Of a stretch of 64,000 bases of DNA, positions 50,600 through 60,768 are shown piece after piece. The first letter of the stretch is position 1; each line of letters opens with the position of its first letter. The notes under the pieces were generated by a model. The model ran no database searches and had not been told where the DNA came from. It saw only the letters and a list, made by a program, of their open reading frames with translations. This stretch comes from Alphaproteobacteria bacterium (GTDB taxonomy: Bacteria; Myxococcota_A; UBA796; GCA-2862545), in NCBI GenBank assembly GCA_020632915.1, contig JACKEP010000023.1, positions 1 to 64,000 of the forward strand. Direction: 5' to 3'. A program made the position numbers and the translations under genes.

Positions 50600-51010
50600 G
50601 TGAGGATGGCGGGGTACGCGGGGACGCCGCTCGTGCGCAAGCTCGGCATCGCTGCCGGTGCGTCGGTGTGCGCGATCGACGCGCCGGCGACCTACCGCGA
50701 CCTCCTCGAGCCGCTGCCCCCCGATGTCCGTTGGCCCGATGTGGCGGACGCCGCGGTCGACCTCGTCCACGTGTTCGTCACCCGGCGCGACGCGCTCGCC
50801 GCGCACCTCGTCACGCTCCGTGCAGCGCTCCGACCCGACGCGGTGGTGTGGGTGAGCTGGCCGAAGAAGGCCTCGAAGGTGCCCACCGACGTCACCGAGG
50901 ACGTCGTGCGCGCCGAGGCCTTGCCGCTGGGCTTCGTCGACGTCAAGGTCTGCGCCGTGGACGCGGTGTGGTCGGGGCTCAAGCTGGTGGTGCGCAAGGC
51001 GCTGCGGTGA
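50600..51010 (+). CDS. DUF3052-family protein
   Basis: N-terminus MAGYAGTPLVRKLGI is typical of DUF3052. ~135 aa. Confidence 0.5.
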   Translation: MRMAGYAGTPLVRKLGIAAGASVCAIDAPATYRDLLEPLPPDVRWPDVADAAVDLVHVFVTRRDALAAHLVTLRAALRPDAVVWVSWPKKASKVPTDVTEDVVRAEALPLGFVDVKVCAVDAVWSGLKLVVRKALR

Positions 51011-51026
51011 CGCGCGCGGAGGGTCG

Positions 51027-51800
51027 ATGGACCGACGGTTCGAGGCCGCCATGGGCGACCTGTTCTGGGTGCCGCACGACGTCGTCGTGGTCGATCGATC
51101 CGATGTCCTCTACACCTTCGGGCGCCGCCCGGTGGAGGCCCACCACCAGGTGCTGCGCGTGCGCGCGAGCGCCGACGCGGTGCCGGCGCTGGTCGCCGAG
51201 GTCGATCGCGTCCACGGCACCAAGCCGTCCAGGTGGCAGCTGGCGGATCCGTCCTGGCAGCCCAGCTTCGCACGCCACCTCGACGCCCACGGCTGGCGGT
51301 CGCGGCGGGACTACCGGCTCCGGGTGACCGGGGTCGGGCGTCGCATCCCGGTGTCCCGCGACGTCGACGCCGTCGTGGTGCACGACCGCGCCACGTTCGA
51401 CGCCTTCCTCACCGTGGCGCGCGCGGCGTTCCCGCCGGGGCCCACGCTGTCCGAGGACGACCTCGTCCAGCAGCTCGCCGACTGCACGGCGCCCGGCGCG
51501 CGCATCCGCCGGGTCGTGGCGTTCCACCGGGCCACGGGCGCGCCGGTGAGCGCTGGGGCGGTGACGGTCTGCCCCGAGCCCGGCGTGGGCCTGCTCTGGG
51601 GCGGCGGCACGGTGCCCGAGGCGCGCGGTCGGGGAGCCTACCGGGCCGTCCTCGCCACGCGGCTCGCGGTCGCGCAGGCGGCCGGCTGCACCCACGTGGG
51701 CTTGTACGCCAACCCGGAGACGAGCGAGCCGATCGTGGCCGCGCTGGGGTTCGATGCCTTCGGGCTGCTGCGGGTGTGGGATCGCGCCGGCGAGGGGTGA
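51027..51800 (+). CDS. GNAT-family N-acetyltransferase
   Basis: C-terminal acetyl-CoA binding motif EARGRGAYRAVLATRLAVAQAAGCTHVGLYAN. Confidence 0.6.
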   Translation: MDRRFEAAMGDLFWVPHDVVVVDRSDVLYTFGRRPVEAHHQVLRVRASADAVPALVAEVDRVHGTKPSRWQLADPSWQPSFARHLDAHGWRSRRDYRLRVTGVGRRIPVSRDVDAVVVHDRATFDAFLTVARAAFPPGPTLSEDDLVQQLADCTAPGARIRRVVAFHRATGAPVSAGAVTVCPEPGVGLLWGGGTVPEARGRGAYRAVLATRLAVAQAAGCTHVGLYANPETSEPIVAALGFDAFGLLRVWDRAGEG

Positions 51801-51884
51801 CGGCGTCGGTCGGTAGGCGATCGGGTCTCGGGTGGTGCATGCTGGGGTCCCTGTGCGACCCGCCCCGTCGTCCCCGGAGGCCGC

Positions 51885-54800
51885 GTGTCCTGGAACCGTC
51901 TCGCTGCGGGCGTCGCCGTCTGCACCGTCGTCGTCGCGGCGACCCGCGGAGGCTGGCGGTCCACGCCCGCCGAGCCGCCGCCTGAGGTCATGCCAGCGCC
52001 GACCCACGACCCGTCCACCTGGCAGGCCCGCGTGCAGCGCTGGGTCGCGAGAGACGCGGCGGACGTGTTCGAGGCGCCCGACGGGCTGTGGATCCGCCAC
52101 GCCGCAGGTGGTGCGGTGCGCGTCGACGTCGCGGGGGTGGCCCACCTGGTGGAGGATGTCGACGACACCGAGGTCGCGGCGCTGTCGACGGTCGGGGTGC
52201 TGCAGGGGTCGACCCGGGGGCGGCTCGGCGCGCCGACGGTGGGGTCCGGACCGTGTCGACAGGGAGACCGCGACGGCTGCGTGCGCGCGGCCCGCGTCGA
52301 CCAGGGCGCGGTCACCACGTGGTGGGAGCACGCCGCGGGCGGGCTGGAGCAGGGCTGGACGGTCCCCGCGCCGGTCGGCTCGGGTCCACTCGTGGTCGAG
52401 GTCGCCGTGGACGGCGCGATCGCCTGGGTCGAGGAGGGCACGCTGCGCCTGGGGGAGCCGGACGGCGGCTGGGTCGCCGACGCCGTGGCCGCGTGGGACG
52501 CCGACGGCGTGGCGCTCGACGTCGACCCCGAGGTCACCGGGGAGGGCTTTGCCCTGCGGGTGGACGTCGGCGAGGCGCGCTGGCCGGTCACCGTCGATCC
52601 GGTGTGGCGTCCGTGGAACAAGTACCGGCAGGGGCGCGGTGACCACGACGGCCTGGGTCACGCGGTCGCCCTGGCAGGAGACGTGGACGAGGACGGCTAC
52701 GACGACGCCTTGCTGGGGGCGCCCGGGTTCAGCGGATCGGCGGCGTCGCAGGGGCGCGTCTACCTGTTCCGCGGGGGGCCCGGTGGCCTCGCGACGGTGC
52801 CGTCGCAGGTGTGGACCGGGGTGGCTGCCGGCGACGGGCTCGGGTCCACGCTCGCGTTCCTGGGCGACGTCGACGGCGACGGTCACGTCGACGCCGCCTT
52901 CGGCGCGCCGGGCACGACGTCGACGCTGACACACCAGGGCGCGGTGTGGATCGTGCACGGCACGGGCACCGGTCTGGCGCCGGCGGCGCAGGTCGCGCTG
53001 CTCGGCCACGACGCGGACCGGTACTTCGGCAGCGTGCTGTCGACGGCCGGCGACGTCAACGGCGACGGGTACGCCGACGTGCTCGTCGGCTCCGACCGTG
53101 TGGGCCGCATCTCGACGCGCATCGACGAGGTCCAGCTGCACGTGGGGGGTGCCGGGGGCATGTCGCCGACCCCGCTGAGCACGTGGAGCCTGGGCCGCTT
53201 CAACCGCGACCACGCTTTCGCCGGCCTCGGGGACGTGGACGGTGACGGCTTCGACGACATGGCCCTGGTGCAGGCCGTACCCCTCAACCGGTGGGCCCTG
53301 CAGCTGTACCGCGGCGGCCCGTCCGGTCCTGCCGCGGTGCCGGATCTGGAGCGCGACCTGAGCCTGGGCACCGGAACGGTCACCGGCATGGACGTCGACG
53401 GCGACGGCCTGAGCGACGTCATCACGGCGTTGTATGGCACCCTGTCGGTGTGGCGCGGAGAGGCGGGCGGGCTGGCGACCACGCCCGAGCGCCTCTCGGC
53501 GATCTACGCGGGCGACATCAGGGTGCTGGCCGGCGGGGGCGATCTGGACGGCGACGGACGCGCCGACCTGCTGGTGGGTTCGCCCGGCCAGGGCGGCTAC
53601 GACCAGGGCGCGGTCGTGCTCATCGCGGGCACCGCCACGGGCCTGTCGCCCGATCCGATCGCCTTCTGGGACGGTGGCGCCGCCCGCGTATCGCTCGGCG
53701 CCGCGTTGGCGATCGGAGACGCTGACGGTGACGGCATCGACGACGCCGTGCTGGGCGGGCCGTCCATGGTCGTGGACGACACCGGCGACCACTTCGATCC
53801 GGGTGTCCTGGGCCGCGGGGCGGTGTGGTGGGTGCGCGGCGCGCCCGGGGGTCCGGCCCACCGTCGGTCCACCTTCCCGGTTGCGGGTGCGTTCCCCGCG
53901 ACGGCCGTCGGCGACGTCGACGGGGACGGACGCATCGATCTGACGGCCCCGTTCAGCGGGCTGTACTGGCAGGCCGGCACGGCGGACGGGATGGCGTGGC
54001 CACCGGTGGAGACGTCACCGACGCTGGCGGGCGGGAGCGCGTGGAGGCCGCTCGTCCTCGTCGGCTGCGATGTCGATGGCGACGGCTTCAGCGACGTCGT
54101 CGGCACGGACGCCACGGACGCCGCGTGGCTGCGGGGCACGCCGTCCGGCCCTGGCAGCGTCGCGGAGCCGCTGGCCGTCTCCGTGGCGGGCCAGCGGGCC
54201 GTCGACGTGCACTGTCTGGGGGACCTCGATGGCGATGGCGCCGAGGAGTTCCTGGTGGTCGAGCGGGTGCCCTCCGGGTCCTTCTCCCGCGTGAGCCCCG
54301 TCCTCTGGCAGGGCGGCGACCCGCCTGTGAGCACCGGCGTCGAGCTGCAGCCCACCCAGGCCGCGACGTGTGGCGGCCTGTGCCGGGTGCAGTCCTTCGT
54401 CGCGGCGGAGCGTGTCGACGTCAACGGGGACGGGTTGAAGGACGTCGTGCTCGCCGATCAGGATCGTCGGCAGCTGGCGGTGTGGTGGGGCGGCCCCCTC
54501 CCGTTGTCCGCCGTCGCCGACCAGGTGGTGGCGCCCCGTCCGATCGGGAGCGCCTTCGGCAAGGCCCTGTGGGCCGGTGGTGACGTGGACGGAGACGGCT
54601 TCGACGACGTGCTCGTGGCGGCGACCTCCGGCACGGCCCAGGGCGGCATCCTCTACGTCGTGCGCGGTAGCCCCTCGGGGCTCGTGGCGGTGGCGGATCG
54701 GGTCCTGGAGGCACCGTACGGCATCAACGCCGACCACGGCTTCTTCGGGGGTGTCGGAGACGTCGACGGCGACGGCTTCGGGGACGTCCTCATCGCTCCG

Positions 54801-55097
54801 ATCTGGCAGTCGGCGCCGATCACGGAGCGTCCGCGTCCATTCCTCGGTGTGTTGCGCGGGGGGCCGTCCGGCCTCGCCACGCACCCCTGGTGGGTGGGGC
54901 CGGTCGGCCTGTACGCCGCAGGGGTCGCGCCGGTGGGCGACGCCGACGGCGATGGCTTCGACGACGTGGTGGTGGTCACGTCCGGGACGCTGGACCCCCT
55001 CGACCCCTGGAACGTGGTCCGTCCGCGGGTGTCGGGCCAGGGCTACCTGTTCCGCGGCGGCCCGTCCGGCATGACCCTGGCGCCGCCGCAGCCCTGA
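51885..55097 (+). CDS. FG-GAP/VCBS repeat protein (1,070 aa), paralog A
   Basis: N-terminal ~230-aa module ending ARWPVTVDPVWRPW, then ~14 FG-GAP-like repeats (GDVDGDGFDDV..GAP, GDVNGDGYADVLVG). Confidence 0.8.
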   Translation: MSWNRLAAGVAVCTVVVAATRGGWRSTPAEPPPEVMPAPTHDPSTWQARVQRWVARDAADVFEAPDGLWIRHAAGGAVRVDVAGVAHLVEDVDDTEVAALSTVGVLQGSTRGRLGAPTVGSGPCRQGDRDGCVRAARVDQGAVTTWWEHAAGGLEQGWTVPAPVGSGPLVVEVAVDGAIAWVEEGTLRLGEPDGGWVADAVAAWDADGVALDVDPEVTGEGFALRVDVGEARWPVTVDPVWRPWNKYRQGRGDHDGLGHAVALAGDVDEDGYDDALLGAPGFSGSAASQGRVYLFRGGPGGLATVPSQVWTGVAAGDGLGSTLAFLGDVDGDGHVDAAFGAPGTTSTLTHQGAVWIVHGTGTGLAPAAQVALLGHDADRYFGSVLSTAGDVNGDGYADVLVGSDRVGRISTRIDEVQLHVGGAGGMSPTPLSTWSLGRFNRDHAFAGLGDVDGDGFDDMALVQAVPLNRWALQLYRGGPSGPAAVPDLERDLSLGTGTVTGMDVDGDGLSDVITALYGTLSVWRGEAGGLATTPERLSAIYAGDIRVLAGGGDLDGDGRADLLVGSPGQGGYDQGAVVLIAGTATGLSPDPIAFWDGGAARVSLGAALAIGDADGDGIDDAVLGGPSMVVDDTGDHFDPGVLGRGAVWWVRGAPGGPAHRRSTFPVAGAFPATAVGDVDGDGRIDLTAPFSGLYWQAGTADGMAWPPVETSPTLAGGSAWRPLVLVGCDVDGDGFSDVVGTDATDAAWLRGTPSGPGSVAEPLAVSVAGQRAVDVHCLGDLDGDGAEEFLVVERVPSGSFSRVSPVLWQGGDPPVSTGVELQPTQAATCGGLCRVQSFVAAERVDVNGDGLKDVVLADQDRRQLAVWWGGPLPLSAVADQVVAPRPIGSAFGKALWAGGDVDGDGFDDVLVAATSGTAQGGILYVVRGSPSGLVAVADRVLEAPYGINADHGFFGGVGDVDGDGFGDVLIAPIWQSAPITERPRPFLGVLRGGPSGLATHPWWVGPVGLYAAGVAPVGDADGDGFDDVVVVTSGTLDPLDPWNVVRPRVSGQGYLFRGGPSGMTLAPPQP

Positions 55098-55133
55098 CGC
55101 CGGCCTTGCGGGTGGCGCCGCTTCGCTCGTACG

Positions 55134-58100
55134 GTGGTCGCGCGTGCGCTCCTGTCCCGGCGCGCGCGGGGGGTGATCATGTCGGTACGACCCGCAGGGC
55201 GCGGTGTCGCGCTCGCGTTCGTCGTCGTGGGGGTGGCCGTGGCGTCCGGTCGCGCGAGCACGCCGTCCACCGTGCCCGCAACCGATGTCCGGGCGGGCGC
55301 GGCCGTGGAGACCCCGCACGCGCCGACCGCGTGGCACGCCGCGGTGGCCCGCACGCTGGCGCGGGATGCCGCCGATGTGCAGCGGGGTGGCGACGGCCTC
55401 TGGGTCCGTCACGCGGGCGGCCTGGCGATGCGGCTGGACGACGATGGCGTCGCGCACCTCGTGCTGGGTGCGGACGACGCGCCGGTCGCGCGCATGGCGA
55501 CGGTGGCGGTGTCCCAGGGGGACGTCCCGGCTCCGCTGTCGCCGGCCACCGTCGCCGTCGGTCCCTGTCGCGCGGGCACGGGCCCGTCGTGCGTCCACCG
55601 CGCCGACGCCGACCAGGGCGCCGTCGTCTCGTGGTGGCGCCACGCGCCCGCCGGCATCGAGCAGGGCTGGACGGTGCCGTCACCACGCGGCGCGGGGCCG
55701 CTGCGCCTCGACGTGCGGGTGGACGGGGCGCGCACGTCGTCGATCGACGGCACGCTGCACGTGGGCGACCCGGTGCACGGCCTCGTCGCCGACGCGGCCT
55801 CGGCCTGGGACGCCGACGGCGTGGCGCTCGCGGTGCGCGAGGAGGTCACCGACGACGGCTTCGCGCTGGTCGTCGACGTCGACGACGCCCGGTGGCCCGT
55901 CACGGTCGACCCGGTCTGGCGACCCTGGTCCGGCCTGATCCGCGACCTCCAGCCGTCCAGCGCGTTCGGCCGCGCGGTGGCGCTCGCGGGCGACGTCAAC
56001 GGTGACGGCTTCGCGGACGCCCTCGTCGGGGCCCCCGCCTTCGACGGCGCCGCCCAGGCCCAGGGCCGGGTCTACCTGTTCCTCGGGGGTCCGGCGGGCC
56101 TGGCCACCACGCCCGCGCAGACGTGGACCGGCCTCGGCGCCGGCGACGCGCTCGGCCAGACGGTGGTCTGGGCCGGCGACCTCGACGGGGACGGCCACGT
56201 CGACGCTGCCTTCGGAGCGCCGGGTGGCGGCACCGGCCTGCGCGAGGGCGCGGTGTGGGTGCTCCACGGCACGGGCGCGGGTCTGGAGGCCACGCCTCGC
56301 GCGCTGCTGCTCGGCACCGGCGCGGACCGCTACGCCGGCACGCTGCTGGCGCCCGCCGGCGACGTCGACGGGGACGGCTACGACGACCTGCTCGTCGGCT
56401 CGCACGTGCAGCTGCGCACCCGCCGCAACGACGAGGTGCTCCTGTTCCGCGGGTCGCCCACGGGCCTCGACCCGGCGGCGGCCACGCGCCTCGATCTGGG
56501 TGCCGGCACCGGCAAGGCGCGGTTCGCGGGCGTCGGCGACATCGACGGGGACGGCTACGACGACGTCGCCGTCGGTGCGTTCGGGGGGCCGTCGGGGGGT
56601 CGCCTGGAGCTGTACCGCGGCGGCCCGACCGGTCCCGACGTGGTGCCGTCGTCCACCACGTCGCTCGGGGTCCGGTCCCACGCGATCACGGGCGCCGACG
56701 TGGACGGGGACGGCTTCGCGGACGTGGTGGTCGCCAACGAGCAGCGGCTCCAGGTGTTCCGCGGCAGCGCCGCCGGTCTCGTCGCCCCGCCCGAGGTCGT
56801 ACCCGTGGCGCTCTACCCGGCGATCACCACGCTCGCGGGCGGCGCCGATGTGGACGGCGACGGCTACGGCGACCTGCTCGTCGCCGGGGCCGGCGAGCGC
56901 AACGGCGGCCAGGGTGAGGTGCTCCTGCTGCGGGGCACGGCGGCCGGGCTCGACCCCACGCCCGCCGCGTTCTGGGAGGGCGACGCGTGGCAGGTGCACC
57001 TGGGTGACGCCCTGGCGCTCGGTGACGTCGACGGCGATGGCCTGTCCGACGCGCTCCTCGGCGGCCCTGGCGACGTGGCCGCCGACACCGGCTTCGGCTT
57101 CGATCCCGAGTCCGGATCGCCCGGCGTGGCCTGGCTCGTCCGCGGCGCGATCGGGGGCCCGCGCCACCGGCACGCCACCTTCCCGTCGGCCTGGGCGTCC
57201 GACGCCGCGGTGGTGGTCGACCTCGATCAGGACGGGCGGGGCGATCTCGTCACCGCGCGTGGCCTGCCGTCGTTCCGCGCCGAGCTCGTCGTGCAGCGGG
57301 GCACGGCCACCGGCTTCGACGCCCGCGAGCTCACCCGCCCGCTCGCCACGACGGCCGGCATCCGGTGGTGGCCTGCGAGCCTCGACGGCTGTGACGTCGA
57401 CGGCGATGGCCTCGCCGACCTGGTCGGCGTCGATCCGCGCGAGGTCACCGCCAGCTCCGGGAGCTACACCGGGCTCCTCGCGGTGCTGCGCGGCGGTCCG
57501 AGCGGCCCCGGGGGCCCCCTCGTCGCGCTCGACGGGGGCACGCCCGCCCAGGCCCACGTCGCCGTGACGTGCGCCGGCGATCTCGACGGTGACGGAGACA
57601 GCGAGCTCGTGGTGCAGGACGTCCAGGGCGGCGCCGGCCACCTCTGGCTGTGGTGGGGCGGCAGCCCGCCCGTGCCCTCGGGGCTGGAGCTCGACGGCTG
57701 CACGGGGGGCTGCCCGCTCGCCGACGGCACGCTGCTCGGCCACGGCATGGATCTCGACGGGGATGGCTTCGACGACCTCGCCCTCGGCACGGCGGGCACC
57801 GCCACGGTGCGGGTGTGGCGTGGCGGTCCGACCTTCCGTCCCGACCTGCCCGACCAGCTCGTGACCCCGACCGGCCTCGGCACCGGCTTCGGCCAGGCGG
57901 TGCGCGCCGCTGGGGACGTCGACGGCGACGGCTTCGCCGACCTGCTCGTGTCGGGCACGTCCGGCGGGGGTGGGGCGCTGTACCTGCTGCACGGCGACGC
58001 CAGCGGCGTCGACCCGGTGCCGGACCGGCTGCTCGACGCGCCGCTCGGATCCGAGGTGCTCCACGGTGCGTTCGCCGGGCTCGGCGACGTCGACGGTGAC

Positions 58101-58406
58101 GGCCTCGACGACGTGGTCGTCGCGCCGTCGTGGGCGCCGCGTGACGCTGTGGTCCACCCGCGACCCGGCATCGCCGTGCTCCGGGGCACGCCGCAGGGGC
58201 TGGCGCGACGGCCGTGGTGGATCGGACCCGTGGGCCTCACGGTGTCGCGCGTGCTGCCCGTGGGCGACGTCGACGGCGATGGCCACGCGGACGCCGCGTT
58301 CCTGGTCGGCTTCGCCGAGGACGGGCTCAACCCGTGGGGCACGGCGTCGCAGGGCTACCTCTTCCGGGGCACGTCGACCGGGCTCGTGCAGGTGCCGGCG
58401 CGCTGA
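55134..58406 (+). CDS. FG-GAP/VCBS repeat protein (1,090 aa), paralog B (tandem duplicate)
   Basis: Collinear with paralog A (same N-terminal module WTVPSPRGAGPL...ARWPVTVDPVWRPW and the same repeat order). Start may be the ATG at 55179. Confidence 0.8.
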   Translation: MVARALLSRRARGVIMSVRPAGRGVALAFVVVGVAVASGRASTPSTVPATDVRAGAAVETPHAPTAWHAAVARTLARDAADVQRGGDGLWVRHAGGLAMRLDDDGVAHLVLGADDAPVARMATVAVSQGDVPAPLSPATVAVGPCRAGTGPSCVHRADADQGAVVSWWRHAPAGIEQGWTVPSPRGAGPLRLDVRVDGARTSSIDGTLHVGDPVHGLVADAASAWDADGVALAVREEVTDDGFALVVDVDDARWPVTVDPVWRPWSGLIRDLQPSSAFGRAVALAGDVNGDGFADALVGAPAFDGAAQAQGRVYLFLGGPAGLATTPAQTWTGLGAGDALGQTVVWAGDLDGDGHVDAAFGAPGGGTGLREGAVWVLHGTGAGLEATPRALLLGTGADRYAGTLLAPAGDVDGDGYDDLLVGSHVQLRTRRNDEVLLFRGSPTGLDPAAATRLDLGAGTGKARFAGVGDIDGDGYDDVAVGAFGGPSGGRLELYRGGPTGPDVVPSSTTSLGVRSHAITGADVDGDGFADVVVANEQRLQVFRGSAAGLVAPPEVVPVALYPAITTLAGGADVDGDGYGDLLVAGAGERNGGQGEVLLLRGTAAGLDPTPAAFWEGDAWQVHLGDALALGDVDGDGLSDALLGGPGDVAADTGFGFDPESGSPGVAWLVRGAIGGPRHRHATFPSAWASDAAVVVDLDQDGRGDLVTARGLPSFRAELVVQRGTATGFDARELTRPLATTAGIRWWPASLDGCDVDGDGLADLVGVDPREVTASSGSYTGLLAVLRGGPSGPGGPLVALDGGTPAQAHVAVTCAGDLDGDGDSELVVQDVQGGAGHLWLWWGGSPPVPSGLELDGCTGGCPLADGTLLGHGMDLDGDGFDDLALGTAGTATVRVWRGGPTFRPDLPDQLVTPTGLGTGFGQAVRAAGDVDGDGFADLLVSGTSGGGGALYLLHGDASGVDPVPDRLLDAPLGSEVLHGAFAGLGDVDGDGLDDVVVAPSWAPRDAVVHPRPGIAVLRGTPQGLARRPWWIGPVGLTVSRVLPVGDVDGDGHADAAFLVGFAEDGLNPWGTASQGYLFRGTSTGLVQVPAR

Positions 58407-58479
58407 TCGCGTCCACCCTCCTCGGGCGCGGTGCCGGTCGGGTGCCGCGCCCGATAGGCCGGGGCTTCGTGGAGGTCCC

Positions 58480-58971
58480 ATGGCCGACGATCGTCCGAAG
58501 TCCCCTGCACCGCTGGCGGTCGTCGCCGCCGAGGTCGCGCCGCGCACCAAGCCGTCGAACTACCCCGCACCCTTCGCGGCCCGCATGGACGGGCGCACGA
58601 AGCGGGCGCTGGGCGACGTGTTCGGCCTGCGCAGCTTCGGGGTCAACCTCACGCGGCTCGCGCCCGGTGCGAGCTCGGCGCTGCGCCACGCCCACACCGT
58701 GCAGGACGAGCTGATCTACGTCCTCGAGGGCCACCCGTCCCTGCACACCGACGCCGGCCTCACCCGGCTCGCGCCCGGCATGTGCGCCGGGTTCCGCGGC
58801 GGGTCGGGCGACGCCCACCGGCTGGTCAACGACTCCGACGCCGACGTGGTCTACCTGGAGATCGGCGACCGGCAGCCCGGGGACGGCGCCAGCTACCCGG
58901 ACGACGATCTGGTCGCGACCCAGGTCGACGGCGGCTGGCGCTTCACCCACAAGGACGGCTCGGCGTATTGA
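58480..58971 (+). CDS. cupin-domain protein (ChrR-like / COG3837)
   Basis: Cupin core LRHAHTVQDELIYVLEGHPSLHTDAG...GFRGGSGDAHRLVNDSDADVVYLEIG. RBS GGAGG. Confidence 0.65.
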   Translation: MADDRPKSPAPLAVVAAEVAPRTKPSNYPAPFAARMDGRTKRALGDVFGLRSFGVNLTRLAPGASSALRHAHTVQDELIYVLEGHPSLHTDAGLTRLAPGMCAGFRGGSGDAHRLVNDSDADVVYLEIGDRQPGDGASYPDDDLVATQVDGGWRFTHKDGSAY

Positions 58972-58984
58972 GTCGAAGGCCGCC

Positions 58985-60223
58985 TCAGGGCGCCAGGGCG
59001 TCCACCGCCGCGCGGCAGCCGGCGTTCGTGGCGTAGGGGCCGGTCGACCGCCAGTCGACGGACCACAGCTCCCCCCACGTGCCGTGCAGCTGCAGGCCGT
59101 CGGTGGCCCGCGCGTGCGCGCCGCGGAACCAGTCCAGGGTGTCGACGCAGGCGCCGGCGACGTCGAGGGGGGGTGTGGCGGCGCAGGTGCCGGGGCCCGA
59201 CACGGTGCCGTAGTCGGCGACGTCGGCGTCGGAGAACTGGCAGGCGCCCTCGGTGAAGCTGGCGACCGTCTGGCAGCCCAGGCTCACCCCGTCCGCGGCG
59301 GCCTCCTCCCAGAGCGGTCGTGTCCCGGCGGCGATGGCGTCGTCGCCGGCCCAGAAGCGCTCCGCGCAGTTCCACATCGCGAGCCCGACCCCGCCGGCAC
59401 CGCGCAGGTCGCGGGCGTGGCGGTAGAGCGCGAGCGGCAGCGCACAGTCCTCCCCGGAGCCACGCGGGGGCGCGAGCCAGAGACAGTGCCCGCCCTCGAG
59501 GAGGATCGGCACGTCGAACGCCCGCGCGAACAGGTCCATCACGTCGGTGTAGGCCTGCCCGAACACGGCGTCGCCCGGGTAGGGGAAGTCGTCCCGGTCG
59601 ACGCGGAAGTGCAGCTCCGCGCCGTTGGTCATCGTCGAGATCGAGAAGTACACGGCGGCGAGCGCGGGGTGACCGCGGACGGCCGGGCCGAGGTGGTCGA
59701 CCAGGGCGTCGGACAGGTCCTGCTGGTAGGCCGCGTCCCACGGCAGGCACAGCGGGCCGCTGAACAGCGGGTCCTGCAGGTCGAACGTGGCGCACCGCGC
59801 GAGCCACGACGCGGGCAGGAACGGGCCCTGCGCGAGGCTGAGGATCGCCCGGCCGCCGCGCGCCTCGACGGCGTCGAGGTTGGCGACGATCGTGGCGGCC
59901 AGCGCGTCCATGTCGTCGCCGCACACGTCGAGGTGCATCCGCAGCAGCAGGCCGTCGGGTGCGCTCCAGTCCGCGATCTGCCCGCACGTGCGCACCGGGC
60001 CGGCGGACTCGAACCGGCCCCGCAGGACGACGGGCGCGGTGTCGGTGTCGGGCACCGTGTCGGTGTGCACGACGGTGTCGGTGTCGGTGTCGACGACGGC
60101 GTCGGTGTCTGCGACGGGGTCGGTGTCGGGATCGACGCTGCCGGGCGTCGTGGCGCACGCGAGGCACGCCAGAGACGCGACACGGGCCACCAGGCCCGGC
60201 ACACCGTGGGGAACGAGGCGCAC
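58985..60223 (-). CDS. lipoprotein with Asp-Thr repeat linker and Cys-rich C-terminal domain (hypothetical)
   Basis: GTG start around 60223. Signal LVARVASLACLACATT. Linker DTDPVADTDAVVDTDTDTVVHTDTVPDTDT. No confident domain. The track ORF (to 60574) starts in Arg-rich junk and was trimmed. Confidence 0.5.
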   Translation of the reverse strand: MRLVPHGVPGLVARVASLACLACATTPGSVDPDTDPVADTDAVVDTDTDTVVHTDTVPDTDTAPVVLRGRFESAGPVRTCGQIADWSAPDGLLLRMHLDVCGDDMDALAATIVANLDAVEARGGRAILSLAQGPFLPASWLARCATFDLQDPLFSGPLCLPWDAAYQQDLSDALVDHLGPAVRGHPALAAVYFSISTMTNGAELHFRVDRDDFPYPGDAVFGQAYTDVMDLFARAFDVPILLEGGHCLWLAPPRGSGEDCALPLALYRHARDLRGAGGVGLAMWNCAERFWAGDDAIAAGTRPLWEEAAADGVSLGCQTVASFTEGACQFSDADVADYGTVSGPGTCAATPPLDVAGACVDTLDWFRGAHARATDGLQLHGTWGELWSVDWRSTGPYATNAGCRAAVDALAP

Positions 60224-60316
60224 GACACCTTCCAGGTGGGCCTCGTAGCGTGTTTGGGGCGGACACACGGGCGGGGAGGTGTCAGACTGGAGTAGTCCCG
60301 AACCCGGATCCGGTGG

Positions 60317-60766
60317 ATGCGTGCCCTGGTCGTCGTCTTCGCCCTGGCGGCGTGTCGCACAGGTGCCGTGGGATCGGCGCCCAACGCCACGCTGGTGGTG
60401 CGCGCGTCCGGGGCGCAGGGGCTGGTCGAGGTGGTCGAGGAGCTGCCGATCGACGCCGTCCGTCGGGTCGACGACGCGTTCCGATCGGCGCCGTTCCCCG
60501 TCGGCGAACCCACCGACGTGCGGCTGCCGGACGGCTGGCTCGTGCTGCGCGCGCAGGGCGAGCCCACGCCCCACCCGGGCTGCCCGGACGACGACGACAC
60601 CGACGCCAGCACGCCCTACGAGGACGGCTGGTCGGCGCAGGTGCAGGTGTGGGTGTCGGACGATCCGGTTCCGGACGACGGGCCGCGGATCACCGTGGCA
60701 CCGGACGGGCCGCCCACCCGCATCGAGATCGCGCTGTCGCCGCAGTGCGGCTGCTGCCTGGACTGA
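60317..60766 (+). CDS. small lipoprotein ending in a CGCC motif (hypothetical)
   Basis: Lipobox MRALVVVFALAACRTG. C-terminus SPQCGCCLD. Stop lies 3 nt before the next gene start. Confidence 0.5.
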   Translation: MRALVVVFALAACRTGAVGSAPNATLVVRASGAQGLVEVVEELPIDAVRRVDDAFRSAPFPVGEPTDVRLPDGWLVLRAQGEPTPHPGCPDDDDTDASTPYEDGWSAQVQVWVSDDPVPDDGPRITVAPDGPPTRIEIALSPQCGCCLD

Positions 60767-60768
60767 CG

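Noticed and set aside
50979-53861. 960-aa minus-strand ORF (and the similar 956-aa ORF at 55680-58550)
   Set aside because: Both are antisense to the FG-GAP paralogs. Both are Arg/Gly/Pro/His-rich with no motifs.
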